A stretch of 63,914 bases of DNA, counting the filler, from Vannella sp. (lineage: Eukaryota): NCBI GenBank assembly GCA_023345925.1. It is 9 parts of 9 records of this genome, joined end to end, with 100 filler letters (N's around TTAATTAATTAA, not from the genome) between each part and the next. Parts side by side here need not be neighbours in the genome. Positions count along the whole stretch, not along the records: positions 28,344 to 37,392 come from JAJQQN010000039.1; positions 37,493 to 45,554 come from JAJQQN010000985.1; positions 45,655 to 54,156 come from JAJQQN010000243.1; 6 more parts are not named here. The stretch is one strand, 5' to 3'. The position numbers and the translations under genes are program-made. Below, piece by piece: positions 34,199 to 45,991 of this stretch (positions are counted from its first letter, which is position 1; every line of letters starts with the position of its first letter). The notes beneath the pieces are model-generated. The model worked only from the letters and a program-made list of their open reading frames with translations. It was not told the origin of the DNA and did no database searches.

Positions 34199-37100
34199 AT
34201 GTCTACGCCTTCCTACAAAGAGTTCCCTCCTCCAATAGGAGGGCCTCCACGGGCCAAGACTGCGAGCCGAGGCCTCCTTTCGCTGATGGACATCGACAAA
34301 CAAGATGAACTTGAAGTCGTACGTCTTCCCCTTCGCTTCTCTGTCTCTCTTTGACACTCCAATCCTCTCGTCTTAGGTCTGGGCAGACAATTTTGATAGC
34401 TTTAACCGGCTTGTTGGAGAGAAGAACGAGGCTGGCGTGAACTCAATCCTCTCCTTCCAGGTTCGTCCCCTCGCCCCCACCATCCCTCCTCATACTTCTC
34501 TATCCTTTCTCTTTACCTTCTTCCCTTCCTTGTGTGTTCAAGAGACCCCCTCTCACTGTGATTCCTCAGAACTTGGATCGTCCCGAAACCGCAGGATGTT
34601 ACAGTACAGCTCTCCTCTTCGCTATCCTCACCAAAGAGGAAGATGGTGCAAGAGTAAGTAGTACCCCCAGAAGGGGCTCAATCGACTCACAAGTGCCAAG
34701 TATTTGCGACATCTCAATCACATCGTCCGCGATGGCTTCTCCTTCTGTGTGGCGCAGTTGAAACGGCTGATCAATGACAAGTACACCAAGCTCATGGTTG
34801 CCTGCCAGAAACAGGTACGTTTGGTCTCGATCCCCCTCCGAGAGTCTTCCTGACAGACCGAAGCTGGTTTGGTTGATGAATGAGTTCGTCAAGTTGAACG
34901 TTAGAGACACAGATACGCTCTGTTGCAGTCTACTACGCCAGATTCCTGGTGGTGACATCTCTACTCCCGCCACTTGGTTAGCGGAGAAGATGTTGGCCCT
35001 CCTCTCTGAGAACAAGTCAGTGTTCTGTTGCCTCTTGTTCGATTGTCTCACACTTCCCCCAGAGTTTGGATGTATACCAGTGCTGAGCTGATCCCTTACG
35101 CGGTCTACACTTACACGCGCATCATCACCGATCACTCCCAACCGGATCTACAATTGCTCAAGGAGAAAGAAGTACGCTTTTGCGTAGAAGTGATCCGAGA
35201 GAAGTTCGCAGAGTGCAAGGCGATCGGACGGGACTTTGTCCGCCAGCTACAAGATCTTACGAAGATTCCTCAGTTCTCTGTGCTCTGGCAAGACATCCTT
35301 TGCAACCCCCAGTCTCTCTCTCCTCAGTTTACTGGTCTAACGCAACTCTTCGCAATCCGAACCCCTCGCAAGTTCCTCCAATCGCGCGTTACTCCCGACA
35401 TGGAGCGGCTTTTACTCTTCATCATGCAGAAGGTATCACTGGGACACCAAAAGAGATACCAACTCTGGTTCACTGAGAACTACCTTGCTACTGTAGAGAG
35501 CGAGTCCCTCATCATCGATCTAGTCCGTTACATCTGCGGAGTCTATCACCCTACCAATGCGATTCTAAGCTCTGACATCGTCCCAAGATGGGCTGTGTTA
35601 GGGTGGCTTCTTCATAGTGCCAAAGTGAGTACTATTCAATCCAATAGCAAACTTGCGCTCTACTTTGACTGGTTCTTCTTCAACCCCAAAACCGAGAACA
35701 ACATTATCATGAATCTTGAGCCTGGAATGCTCTTGCTGATTCATTCTCTCCCCAAGTATGCAAGTTATACTGCCCAGCTCTTGGAGTTTATCCTCTATGT
35801 CATTGATCTCTATTATCCTGTTTGGAGGGACACTCTTCTCCACGGAGTCCGCAACTCCTTACATCTTATGCTCTCGAAGGGTGTGGTCAATAATGTGGGC
35901 CCGCTGGTGGATTGTCCTGCGTTAACGGAACCTCTTCGAAAACGAGTAGTCGAATGCTTCGCCCCTTTCCTTCCTAATTCCGCTCCTCAGCCCCCTCCAA
36001 GCGTACCCCGCCATCACAGGAATGTGCCACCCACAGGAGATGCCATGGATCTGGACCCTCCGAACGGGAAAGTGCCTCCTGCTCCAGAACCTGTCGTTGT
36101 TGTGGCTCTCCCTCCTACTGAACTTTCAGAGACCTCTTTATCAAAGCGGGCCCTGAAGCTGACGAATCTTGCTCGAGAAAAGCCAGTTCCTGACCTGCTC
36201 AAAGAGACCAAAAAGATTATTGATGTTTATTCTGTGGAAGCTGCAAAGAGCAGTAAGGCGGATGCTATCAATCTTGCATCACTTCTGAGCAAACTCCTCC
36301 TCACAGAACTTCAGGAGCAGTTCTGCGCCTTTGGCCCTGACCAGCATCTACCCAGAGTCACATCTCTTAACTCAGACACTTTCAAAGGCCCTCTTATTGA
36401 TGACCTCCACGAGCGCCTCCTTCAAGCCTCGGAAGGGTCTCCCACTCCTTCACTGGAATATCTGATGGAACAGCTTCGCGTCATCGAACCAAGAGTTGGA
36501 TACCATTTTTTGATATACCTGACAGCGCATATTCAGGAGACACAACGCAAAGCTTTGAGAGCTGTGTCTCGTTTGGCATCCTCTAACGCTAACGGGCGTA
36601 AGAACTTGCGGAGGTCCTCCAACCGTCTTGAACATGGCTCCTCGCTACTAACTGCTCTACAGTATGTCACTGAGCTAGAATGCCCGGCTGTTAGCACGGA
36701 TCCAGAACCATACAATCCATACTTATCTTGTATCAATACCGACCACCACCAAGGATTCTTGACTGACTGCAAATTATGTATTGAATCGGATCCCCGCGCC
36801 TTCTTCTGGATGCTGCCCCAGTTGTGTACATACCTCCCGCCTTCGATGGTCTTCTCCGCAGAGTTCCTCAAGAACGTTGTCAGTTTCATTGAGCCTGCTC
36901 AACTCTCAGTCCTACTCGGCGCCCTCATGAGAGATAGCTATGCTATTCTTGGTCCTGATCCAACGCATTCTCTGATTCAAAGTCTCACCTGGGACAGTTT
37001 TGAGCAATCATTAGTGTGGCAGATAGCGCAAGCTGAATGCAACATCAAGACTCTAAAGGCCTTTGTCCCTCCTCTGATGGAGAAAATAGACCCCGCCATG

Positions 37101-37392
37101 CACCCTGAAGCTCTCACAGGCTTGACAATGTTACTGAAAGACATCCAAGCTAAGAAGATATTTGACTGCATCATCACCCTACCGGGCTCCTTTAAACTTT
37201 TCCCGAGCGATTTGCTCTCCACATGGTTTGATCGACAACCTGAAATCTGCCGGAATTCATTGAATCGCCTTTGCTCCTCCATGAAGGATGAATCAAGTCC
37301 AGGGAAGGTTAGAAACCTCCTGGAACAGCTCACCATCTGGACATTCCGTTCCACAGAAAAGTACCTGCAAGAGTCCCTGGAAGATGACTTTG
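34199..37392 (+). CDS. INTS3: Integrator complex subunit 3 / SOSS-A (3' truncated)
   Basis: LLFAILT, LLRQIPGGD, AVYTYTRIITDH, IGRDFVRQLQDL, TPDME, SDIVPRWAVLGWLL and KLALYFDWFFF. At least five short 5' introns. Confidence 0.9.
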
Positions 37393-37492
37393 NNNNNNNN
37401 NNNNNNNNNNNNNNNNNNNNNNNNNNNNNNNNNNNNTTAATTAATTAANNNNNNNNNNNNNNNNNNNNNNNNNNNNNNNNNNNNNNNNNNNN
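37393..37492. other. Artificial contig linker
   Basis: N44-TTAATTAATTAA-N44. Confidence 0.98.
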
Positions 37493-37510
37493 TTTTGTCC
37501 CGATGAGCCC

Positions 37511-37606
37511 CCTACTAGGGGGGACCCTTGTAGTAGGTCCCTAGTAGGTAGGCCCCTAGTAGGTAGGGGGTAGGTAGGACCTACTACTAGGGTCCCCCCT
37601 AGTAGG
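37511..37606. repeat. TAGG/TAG-rich hairpin: 30-bp inverted repeat around a 36-nt loop
   Basis: 37511-37540 (CCTACTAGGGGGGACCCTTGTAGTAGGTCC) matches the reverse complement of 37577-37606 at 29/30 positions. Confidence 0.9.
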
Positions 37607-37824
37607 TACTACTGCTACCTACTACTACTAAAGAAGGACTTGGTCATTCTCTCTTCCCCTTCACTCGCGGATTTTCTCTTTGCGAGTGCACATCAAGAGT
37701 GGGCGGAGAGAGCACTTAATGCCAGTAAACTAGTGTCCTGTGAGGACCATCTCAGATCACTTCTGTCCACAATTTCCAGGACTTGCTGGATATAGAATTG
37801 ATCGATCGATCGATCGTGAGTTTG

Positions 37825-38841
37825 ATGGGCCTGATTGGTGGGAGTTCAGTTTCTTCTTGGATGGCCGCTTTGGGGGACTTGAACGCGACCAGTCAGTCGA
37901 GTGTGGAGAGTAGAGCGGAGAAGGTAACAAAAGGATGGGAACTGAAGAAGGAGGATGTGCCCTATCCAGCAGAGAGGGTGAACGTTGGAGAGACCGTCGT
38001 CACGCTTGTGCGAGCTTCATGGGACTTTGACGCACGAGATGAAACGGAGCTCTCTTTCAGAGTGGGAGACACCATACTCGTCCTCATTCAAGCCGATGGG
38101 GGCTGGTGGCAAGGACAAATCGGAGATCGCGTGGGGAAGATCCCCATCAACCGCGTGATGGTCACCGAAACCCTCATGAAGAAGAATAGGAAGATGACAA
38201 TCAACCAAAAGAACGTAACAAGCCGTATTAGACAACTCCAGCAGATGGTTTCAAGGGAGAACCTCAAGTCCACCCTCGCGCCAGCCCCTCCCGTTGTCTC
38301 CAGCTCGCCCCTGGCCGATCGAAGTCCTATCAGTAACCGAAGGCGGCGCAAACTATCCCTCAAGCTGTCTCAGCAGGTCAAATCACCATTAAGGGAGGAG
38401 CCCTTTTCTCCCCATCAAACTAACGAGGATGAGGAAACCCAGCTCGCCAACCGCAGAGAGCAGCGGCGCTTAGAGAAGGAGAGACGCCAGCGTATCCTTG
38501 AGGAAGAGGAGGCCTCCCGAAGACTCGCACTCGAAGCAGAGGATTCTTCTTCAGAGAGTTCGAGTGAACCTGAAAGCTCCACCGCTGAAGAGAGCACAGA
38601 AGGATCCAGTAGTGGCCCATCTTCCTCCTCTTCCTCATCAACAGCCTCCAGATCTGAAGATGAAGCTCCAACAGAGAATGGAGACTCAGCAGAGGAGACA
38701 GAAGAGACCACGGCTCTGCTTCATGCATCCTCACTGGATGACCAGCCCACCAGCGCTTCCAATAGCTCAGAAGAGAGCTCCTCGTCGAGTAACTGTGACT
38801 CTGGGGAGGACGATTCCCAGGGGAGCTCGTCCTGTGCATGA
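37825..38841 (+). CDS. SH3-domain protein with an acidic/Ser-rich tail
   Basis: SH3 consensus VRASWDFDARDETELSFRVGDTI...GGWWQG...GKIPINRV. Confidence 0.85.
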   Translation: MGLIGGSSVSSWMAALGDLNATSQSSVESRAEKVTKGWELKKEDVPYPAERVNVGETVVTLVRASWDFDARDETELSFRVGDTILVLIQADGGWWQGQIGDRVGKIPINRVMVTETLMKKNRKMTINQKNVTSRIRQLQQMVSRENLKSTLAPAPPVVSSSPLADRSPISNRRRRKLSLKLSQQVKSPLREEPFSPHQTNEDEETQLANRREQRRLEKERRQRILEEEEASRRLALEAEDSSSESSSEPESSTAEESTEGSSSGPSSSSSSSTASRSEDEAPTENGDSAEETEETTALLHASSLDDQPTSASNSSEESSSSSNCDSGEDDSQGSSSCA

Positions 38842-38888
38842 GAGCCTTGCGGCTGATAGCGGTTGTGTAGTTTAGGTCATAAAGTAAC

Positions 38889-41800
38889 TTAGTAGTCAAG
38901 AATAGAGGACTCATCCTCCTCCGCATCGTTGGTCGCGTTCACCCAATGCGTTCCTCCAGTGCCAGCTTCACACCCGGTACTCCCGATGGCGGCCAGTGGC
39001 TGCAGAGAAGAGTCAATTCCTGATAATGCACTCTCAAGAGTGGTGTGTAGGATGAGGCATACCTTGATAGAGAGTCGGATGCTCTTAAACACGTTCTTGT
39101 GAAGATTCTCTTGAGCTGCCAGTAACTGCTTCAAGCGATGGCGCTCTTTGGGCGCTTCGAAACAAGCGGGACAGTTTTCAGGGATGACGGGGAGCTTCGC
39201 TTGAGCTGCAAACTTGGCTAGATCTCGCTCCCTTGTGTGAACAAGGGGCCTGATAATGCGAAGGTCGCCCTCTCTGAAGGAGGGGAGAGTGTCAGTCAAT
39301 GTCTGCCATGGGGATGAGAAGGAGAGCTCCTTACTTGTTGAGATAGTTCGCTTTCATAGTGCGGAGCAGGCCGTTGTGGAAGAGGCTCATCATGAAACTT
39401 TCTGCGCAGTCGTCAAGATGTTGTCCCAAGGCCAACACGTTGTATCCTTCCTTTCGTGCGGAAGTATAAAGCATTCCCCTCTTCATACGAGAGCAATAGG
39501 AGCAAATGGACTTGCAATCCTCCGTATTCCGAGCACGGTCCATGATGTCATCGGCTAAGTAGAAGTAAGGGATGCCCAGTGCCTTCATATAGACTTTCAA
39601 AGGGCGCGGGTCGTAAGTTGAGTGGGTCATTGGATCCACTGTTGCTGCAGCCAGGTCAAACCGAACTCCTTTGCCCCTCTGCATGTGTTGGTGATGGCGT
39701 AACAAATGCAACATGGCCAGGGAATCCTTCCCCCCAGAGATACAAGCGATAACTTTGTCCCCATTCTTGATCATATTGAACTCTGTAAGCGCTGCCAGAG
39801 CTGTGTGGAGGATTTCCTTCGAAGGGACGTGGAATTTGAATCCAGTGACAGCCTTACCGCCCTCAGCGGACGTGTCCGTGTCTTCTTCGTCGCCCATCGA
39901 GAAATCGCCCAGCATTGTAGCTTCTTCTGCCTCTGCTTCAGTGTCCACGGGATGGTCATACGCTCCCACTAGAGACTCCGACTCTGGAGCTACGACCTCC
40001 CTCACAGGTGTGACTCCAGAGGGTACCTCGTACTTTTTCACTGTGAAAGGAACCGGATTGATTGTGGAGGAAACCTTGCCAGAAAGATATTCGGCTGCTT
40101 CTGATGGGAGCAGGAACCATCTCAAATCGAGACTGCTCTCTTCAAATAACAGCCGGGGGTCCGTTGTAGGCGCGCTGCCTACCTGCTTTGCATATATTTT
40201 GGCGCTTTCTGTCATCACCATCGCCAAGTACTCCTCCCTTGATTGGGGTTTGAGAGCTCCGTTTGCCAGTGCAGCAGCAGTGGAAGCTTTCCCTGGGTGA
40301 TGCTGCTGCTGAGGAACACTGAAACCCACAGAGCCGTCAGATCCAAAGTATCGGATTGATCCCAACCACTTTCGGTCTCTTTGAAGGGACCAATTGGAGT
40401 GGAGCCACTCGCCAGTATCCGGGTTAAACTTGTACTGTGGAAGAAGCTTCCACCCTTCCTCGGCAATCTCCTTAAGCGCGGAGAGAACAAAGCGGAATGC
40501 TTCCTCGTCCATGGTGTAATGGAAGTTCAAGCGAACGAATCCAGGACGGAGTAACTCTGCCCCAGCTCCTTTTCTGTCTCTCTCTCGGGGCAAGAGACCT
40601 TCAAGCTGCTTGTCGTTCGAAGAAAGCCATAACAGGGCCTCTTCATACCTCTTTGATAGTGCCAAGTCAACCCCCAGGATCTCCTGCGCATAAGGACCAG
40701 CACAAACACATCCTCCTCTCACTTGAATGCCGTAAACATCATTCAGAACTGCGCACACAAAGTTGTGATGAAGGAACATTCCCGAAGCGGCATGTCTGAT
40801 CAAGAACGAGAAGATTGGAAGTCTTTCCAAGCCAGTAGGACCCAGCAAAACAAAGTTCTCCAAAGAAAGGAGCGCTTCCCGGGCCTGCTCAGCAAAGTAG
40901 CTTTCCCTCTTCCGAATAAAGTCTTCGCCAATCTGCTGCTTCAGCTGGAACACCAGCCCACAACGAATGGATCCAACAATCTCGGGGGTCCCAGCTTCTT
41001 CCCGCTCCTCGATTGAACTGAGGTAGCGATGGTCCTCACGAGAGACAAAGAAAACGGTTCCGCCACCACACTCACGAGGAGTGGGCCGTTGGAAGAGTTT
41101 GCGCTTGGCAATGAGAATGCCAGGAGTGCTGACACCACCAATAAACTTGTGTGGGGCCAGGAAGATGGCGTCTTTGAAGACCAGATGGCGGTCAGGCCCT
41201 TCCACAATGGGATTCATGTCTACGGGAACATAAGGTCCCGCAGCAGCAAAGTCCCAAAAGGAGAGCGCTTCATAGCGATGGAGGCAAGCAGTGATAGCGT
41301 TCTGGTCTGTGAGTACACCACTCACGTTGGAAGCGGCAGAGAAAGCGCCAATCTTCACTCGGTAGTGCAAGTGCTCTTGCAAAGCCTCTTCAAGCAGTTC
41401 CATGTCCACAGCTCCACACCGGTCCTCCGCTATGCACACCACCTTTGCTCCAAGCTCACGCCAAGGAAGCAGGTTGGAGTGGTGCTCGTAGGGGCCGACA
41501 AAGACAACGAGATCGCCCGCTGCCAAGTGATCCAGTCCCAATGAGCCAATGAGCTTGTGGACAGCACTTGTAGCCCCTGTCCCTGTGAACAAGAGGATGT
41601 CCTCTTCACTACCATGTACTGCGTGCTTGATCAGCTCGCGGGCTTCGTGGCGGAAGAAGGTGGACTGGCGCCCAGCCATGGAGGTTGTTGTGTGCGTATT
41701 CCCGTAGAAAGGGAGGACTTGCTCTCGTATGTAGTCTTCGATGAAGCTTAGGGACTTCCCAGACGCTGTAAAGTCACAGTACATCATCCTCCTCTCCCCA

Positions 41801-41964
41801 AAAGGACCAGCAAAGGCAGTTCCCTCTCCAATGATCTGCCCCTGAATGTAGGACATCAAACTCTCCTTCTTCTGCTCCTCCTGGACTGTGGCTTCATCTA
41901 TCTCTTGCTGTTGGTCCTCCCCAAAGTCAAAGCGCCTCGATCCGTACCCCAAAGTGGTCGCCAT
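38889..41964 (-). CDS. Fusion of a class-V PLP cysteine desulfurase-like domain and a TtcA-type tRNA 2-thiocytidine sulfurtransferase domain
   Basis: Desulfurase motifs HHSNLLPW, WDFAAAGP, APHKF, EAGTP and RGGCVCA. In the same exon: SGGKDS, CSYCSRMKRG and LGQHLDD. After an intron at 39274-39334: IIRPL and CPAC. A last intron is at about 39000-39062. Confidence 0.9.
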
Positions 41965-42044
41965 CCCTCCGAGCAGGGCAAAAAATGGCCCCCCGACCTC
42001 CAATACAGTTCACATGTCCTTTCCACAGCGTTCAAGACCATTTG

Positions 42045-43253
42045 ATGAACCGCCAAGAGGTCCAACTGTCCGAGGAGGACCAAGAGGAGGAGAACAAAGC
42101 CTTTTTGCGGGTTGTTACGGCTTTTGTTGAGTATGAGAAGCATCAGTGTATATGGTTGCATGAGAAACAGAGCATCTATCGGCTTCCCAAGGACCAGCTG
42201 GCTCGCATCCTCCCTCCGGGAGCAGATTCCCTTCGCGTGGTGACAGATCACCTCCGAGGCATTCGTTCGCGTATCCAAGCGAACCAGAAGTACCTCAGTA
42301 CCATTGCACTCCCCTTTGGTGACCTCTTCCCCAACCAGACGATCGCTCCCCAAGCTCAGACAGGTCCTGCTGACTTGACAGCTCGTTCTTCAGAGATTGA
42401 GAAGGTTAAGAGCACTCTCAAGCAGATCTCGAGGGAATGGAGTAGCCAAGGTGAACGAGAGAGGTCACAGTGCTTCCTTCCCCTCTTACAGGAGCTGGAA
42501 GTCCAGTTCCCTGATGTCAAAGAGAGGGGGAAGATCCGAGTTCTCACTCCCGGTGCTGGCCTTGGGCGCTTGCCTTGGGAGATCGCTTCAAGGGGATTCA
42601 TATCTCAAGGTAACGAGTTCTCCTTCTTCATGCTCCTGACATCCAACGCTATCCTGAACAAGTAAGGCTTGCAGTGGCTTCTCATCGACTACCACTCACG
42701 GCGCGTCAGATGCAAGGAGAAGGACCAGTTCACTGTCTTCCCTTGGATTCACTCCTTCTGTAACTTGGTGAGCGCTTCGGATCAACTCGCGGAATGTCCA
42801 TTTCCCGACCAAGTCCCTCACTTACCACCCGGTTCTGACTTCAGCATGAGCGCTGGAGACTTTCTCGAAGTCTATACTGAACCAAGTGAGTAACATACCC
42901 ATTCGATTTCGATGCCTGACCCTCCTGATCAAGATTCATGGGATTGTGTGATCACTTCCTTCTTCATCGACACAGCGCACAACGTCATCGACTACATTGA
43001 GTGTATCAACCGTATCTTAGTGCCTGGTGGTGTTTGGATCAATCTAGGACCTCTCCTGTACCACTGGACAGACATGCCAGGCGAAGAGTCCGTGGAACTC
43101 ACCCACGAGCAAGTCTGCTGCGTCATCGAGAGCTTCGGAATGGTCATCAGCAAGCAGTCTCAACACGCCTGTGAGTATACGTCTGTCCGTAACTCCATGA
43201 TGAACCTGGTCTATCAAGCCCAGTTCTTGGTTGCCACAAAACCCACTTGCTAA
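42045..43253 (+). CDS. CARNMT1: Carnosine N-methyltransferase (N2227-like) histidine methyltransferase
   Basis: KVKSTLKQISREWS, VLTPGAGLGRL, GNEFSFFM, AGDFLEVY, FFIDTAHN and WINLGPLLYH. Two introns. Confidence 0.93.
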
Positions 43254-43353
43254 ACGCCATTGCGCTTGGAGGAGGCATGCAAAGGACGGAGGGGAGTGGA
43301 GAGTTGTATCTACATTCGCTGGTGCGCGCAAGAGTGGTCGCAGTAGCGCCTGT

Positions 43354-44223
43354 TCACCCGCAGCATCCGGTGTTCTGGTTCTGTGACACGGCGACCTTGG
43401 CTTTACCCACCGGCTCTAGGTTGCAGACATAGGGATGGTCTTCAGGAATGCGTGTGATGGCAAGCTGAGCAGCAGCGTGGAAGGCTGCTTCCACCTCTGT
43501 GGACTCCTTCGCAGAGGTTTGAAAGTACGGGGTATCGTTAGGGAGGCCCTCGATCCATTCCGCCACTCGCTTCCGATCGACAGAGTGTGATGGGAGATCG
43601 CACTTGTTCCCAAGTACTACAAAGGGATAGGAAACCTCGTCGTTGATGCCTGCTTGCACGAGGAACTCATCCTTCCAGTTCTCCAGGTGATCAAATGTCT
43701 TTGCAATGGTCATGTCGAACACAAGGATACAGCAGTCCGCTCCTCTGTAGAAAGAGTTCCCCAGAGACTGCATCAGACGTCAGACTTTCCTGACATTGGC
43801 GGCGCCATTGCCCGGGAGGTCACAACTCACTTGGAAGCGCTCCTGTCCAGCAGTGTCCCATATCTAGGTTGTTTTAGATGGTGTGGTCATGTGGTGATGG
43901 AAGTGATCCAGTTACCTGCAAAGTCACCGTGGTTTTCCCCACTTCTATCTCCTTTGTAAGAAAGTCGGCTCCGATGGTGGCTTTGTACTGTGAAGTGAAG
44001 TTTCTGTTGACATATGTGCTAGTCAGAGTGAAGGAAGATGAAGCGAGGAGAGGAGAGGAGGCAAGAAGGGAAGGCGAAAAGGATATCTTTCCATCAACGA
44101 GGTCTTTCCCACCCTGAATTCGAGATCCCAATCAACATACTGACCACACAATCAAAAGCTGGCAGTCACCCACCCACTATCACCCAAGAGAACAATCTTG
44201 AGCATCGTTTTGTTCACCGACAT
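43354..44223 (-). CDS. RAB7: Rab7-family small GTPase
   Basis: Five exons give [41 protein letters not shown]...[26 protein letters not shown]...GNKCD...TSAK...GCCG. Confidence 0.93.
44016..44086 (-). other. U12-type (minor spliceosome) AT-AC intron in Rab7
   Basis: Begins ATATCCTTTT, has branch site TTCCTTCAC (44036-44028) about 12 nt from the end, and ends in CAC. Removing it restores LMER-YVN in frame. Confidence 0.92.
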
Positions 44224-44477
44224 CGTGGAGACCCAAAGCAATGAACCATTGTCACTTCCCTTTGAATTTCACTGTTGGGCTCGCAATGAAAGAAATCAAA
44301 GATGTTTCACCCAGAGAGCCATCTTTTCGGATCGCTGGGTCGCAAAAAGGTTGGCGAAAATTCTACTGACTTTTCTCAGGAATCGCAGAATCGACTTCTC
44401 CGAAATCGAGATCTCCGATCTTCTGGAAAGCACAAAATCCGATCCACCTCAGTCATTTCTCAGCATCCCCCTCTCCC

Positions 44478-44966
44478 ATGCACCTCGAGATCAACGCAGC
44501 CTCCCAGTTCTGGTCAGAGAACCTCCACTACTCCCTTCCGCGTGGGATGAGACAAAGCTTCCAGGCCAGTCTCTCAAGTCTTTTGTTCTCCAAATTCAAA
44601 GACCACTGGTACCCCAACTCTCCTGAACAGGGACAAGCGCTGAGAGCAATCACCTGCGATCCAGAGGAAGGGATCACGGACCCTGCCCTACAAAGGGCAG
44701 CCATGGCGTGTGGGTTTGACTTTCTCTCGTACTTCACGGGGAACCATCCCACCAGCATGTGGGTGGACCCTGGTGAAGTTGAAATCCAAGCCGGTCTCCA
44801 AAGGAGACTGATCTATCAGTCCAGCCGCTCCTCTTCGCCTCCTATTTTTGAACCCTCAAAACCTCATCAAACCTATTACCCTCAGGGTCCTGTATACTTC
44901 GACTACCCCACCTACACCTACACCTACACCGCTGACTCCCAGCAACTCGTTCCTCCAACCTATTGA
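44478..44966 (+). CDS. BTG/Tob family anti-proliferative / deadenylase adaptor protein
   Basis: MHLEINAA N-terminus, box A FKDHWYPNSPEQGQALRAI and box B SMWVDPGEV. Confidence 0.9.
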   Translation: MHLEINAASQFWSENLHYSLPRGMRQSFQASLSSLLFSKFKDHWYPNSPEQGQALRAITCDPEEGITDPALQRAAMACGFDFLSYFTGNHPTSMWVDPGEVEIQAGLQRRLIYQSSRSSSPPIFEPSKPHQTYYPQGPVYFDYPTYTYTYTADSQQLVPPTY

Positions 44967-45129
44967 TGAGCGAGTGACCATGTAACTATCAATGTTATTC
45001 TATGAATATTTATCATCAGAAAATCTAAAGCCACACTCAATTCAAGCCCAACCTCCATCTTGATTATTATGTAATAATGGGGTGCTGTATGTTTGTGGAA
45101 CAGCCTTAGTTTGCTCTCGTCTTTCCACC

Positions 45130-45554
45130 ATGGCGAACAGTGAGGCCACTTGGTTGATGTAAACAAAGCTGATGGGATGTGCAGAGAGTGGACACCTCTT
45201 CTCGAGGAAGAGCCAAGCGATTTTCTACAACTGGAAGTCGGATCCTGTTCAGTCCATGTTGGACTTTGATTACATCTGCAAGAGGTAAGTTCCAACGTTC
45301 AAACGCAGGGCTCGCTCATGCTGATATAACGAAGAGAGACACCTTCCATTGCCGCGTTAGTCTCTCCCGGCACCTCGAAAGGGACACAAAAGCTGTTCTT
45401 TGGAACCAACGAGTTGTTTGTCCCTCTCTTTGGAAACACCATCGAAGCAGCTGAAGCCTACCCACAAGCGGACGTATTCATCAACTTTGCGTCCTTCCGT
45501 AGTGCTTATGCCAGCTCAATGGAAGCTCTCCAGCTCCCCACCATTCGCGTTGTT
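45130..45554 (+). CDS. ATP-citrate lyase, plant ACLB-type chain, N-terminus (3' truncated)
   Basis: Spliced product MANKSGHLFSRKSQAIFYNW...MLDFDYICKRETPSIA...KLFFG...ADVFINFASFRSA. It starts at its own ATG, which indicates the two-subunit ACL type. Confidence 0.9.
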
Positions 45555-45654
45555 NNNNNNNNNNNNNNNNNNNNNNNNNNNNNNNNNNNNNNNNNNNNTT
45601 AATTAATTAANNNNNNNNNNNNNNNNNNNNNNNNNNNNNNNNNNNNNNNNNNNN
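45555..45654. other. Artificial contig linker
   Basis: N44-TTAATTAATTAA-N44. Confidence 0.98.
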
Positions 45655-45991
45655 CTAAGCTATAGAACCGACCTTTTCGGGTCACTTTTTGGCATGAAAT
45701 TTTCGGTTCTATGATACAGTTGATGACCACATGCGGTTTGGATCTGTTTTCTGGCGAGGAGCGAGGAGCGAGGGCGCTTCTGGTGCTTGCTGTTTGAAAG
45801 ATTTTGTGGTGTTTCGGGACTTTGCAGGTACAACCTGCCTGACGTCGAAACGGGATTGGTATGCACTTCATTCAGGATCCTTCTTTTGTAAGAGGATTCG
45901 AAATTCTTCTCTTTCAACGACCCTTTCAGCTCCTCGAACACCAGATTAACCTTCCAAAGCAATCTCGCTCACGCACTGCGTTCATCGCCTC

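Noticed and set aside
43723..43730. GTATCCTT (minus strand) in Rab7 as a U12 donor
   Set aside because: It encodes the conserved ADCCILVF segment, so no intron is needed.
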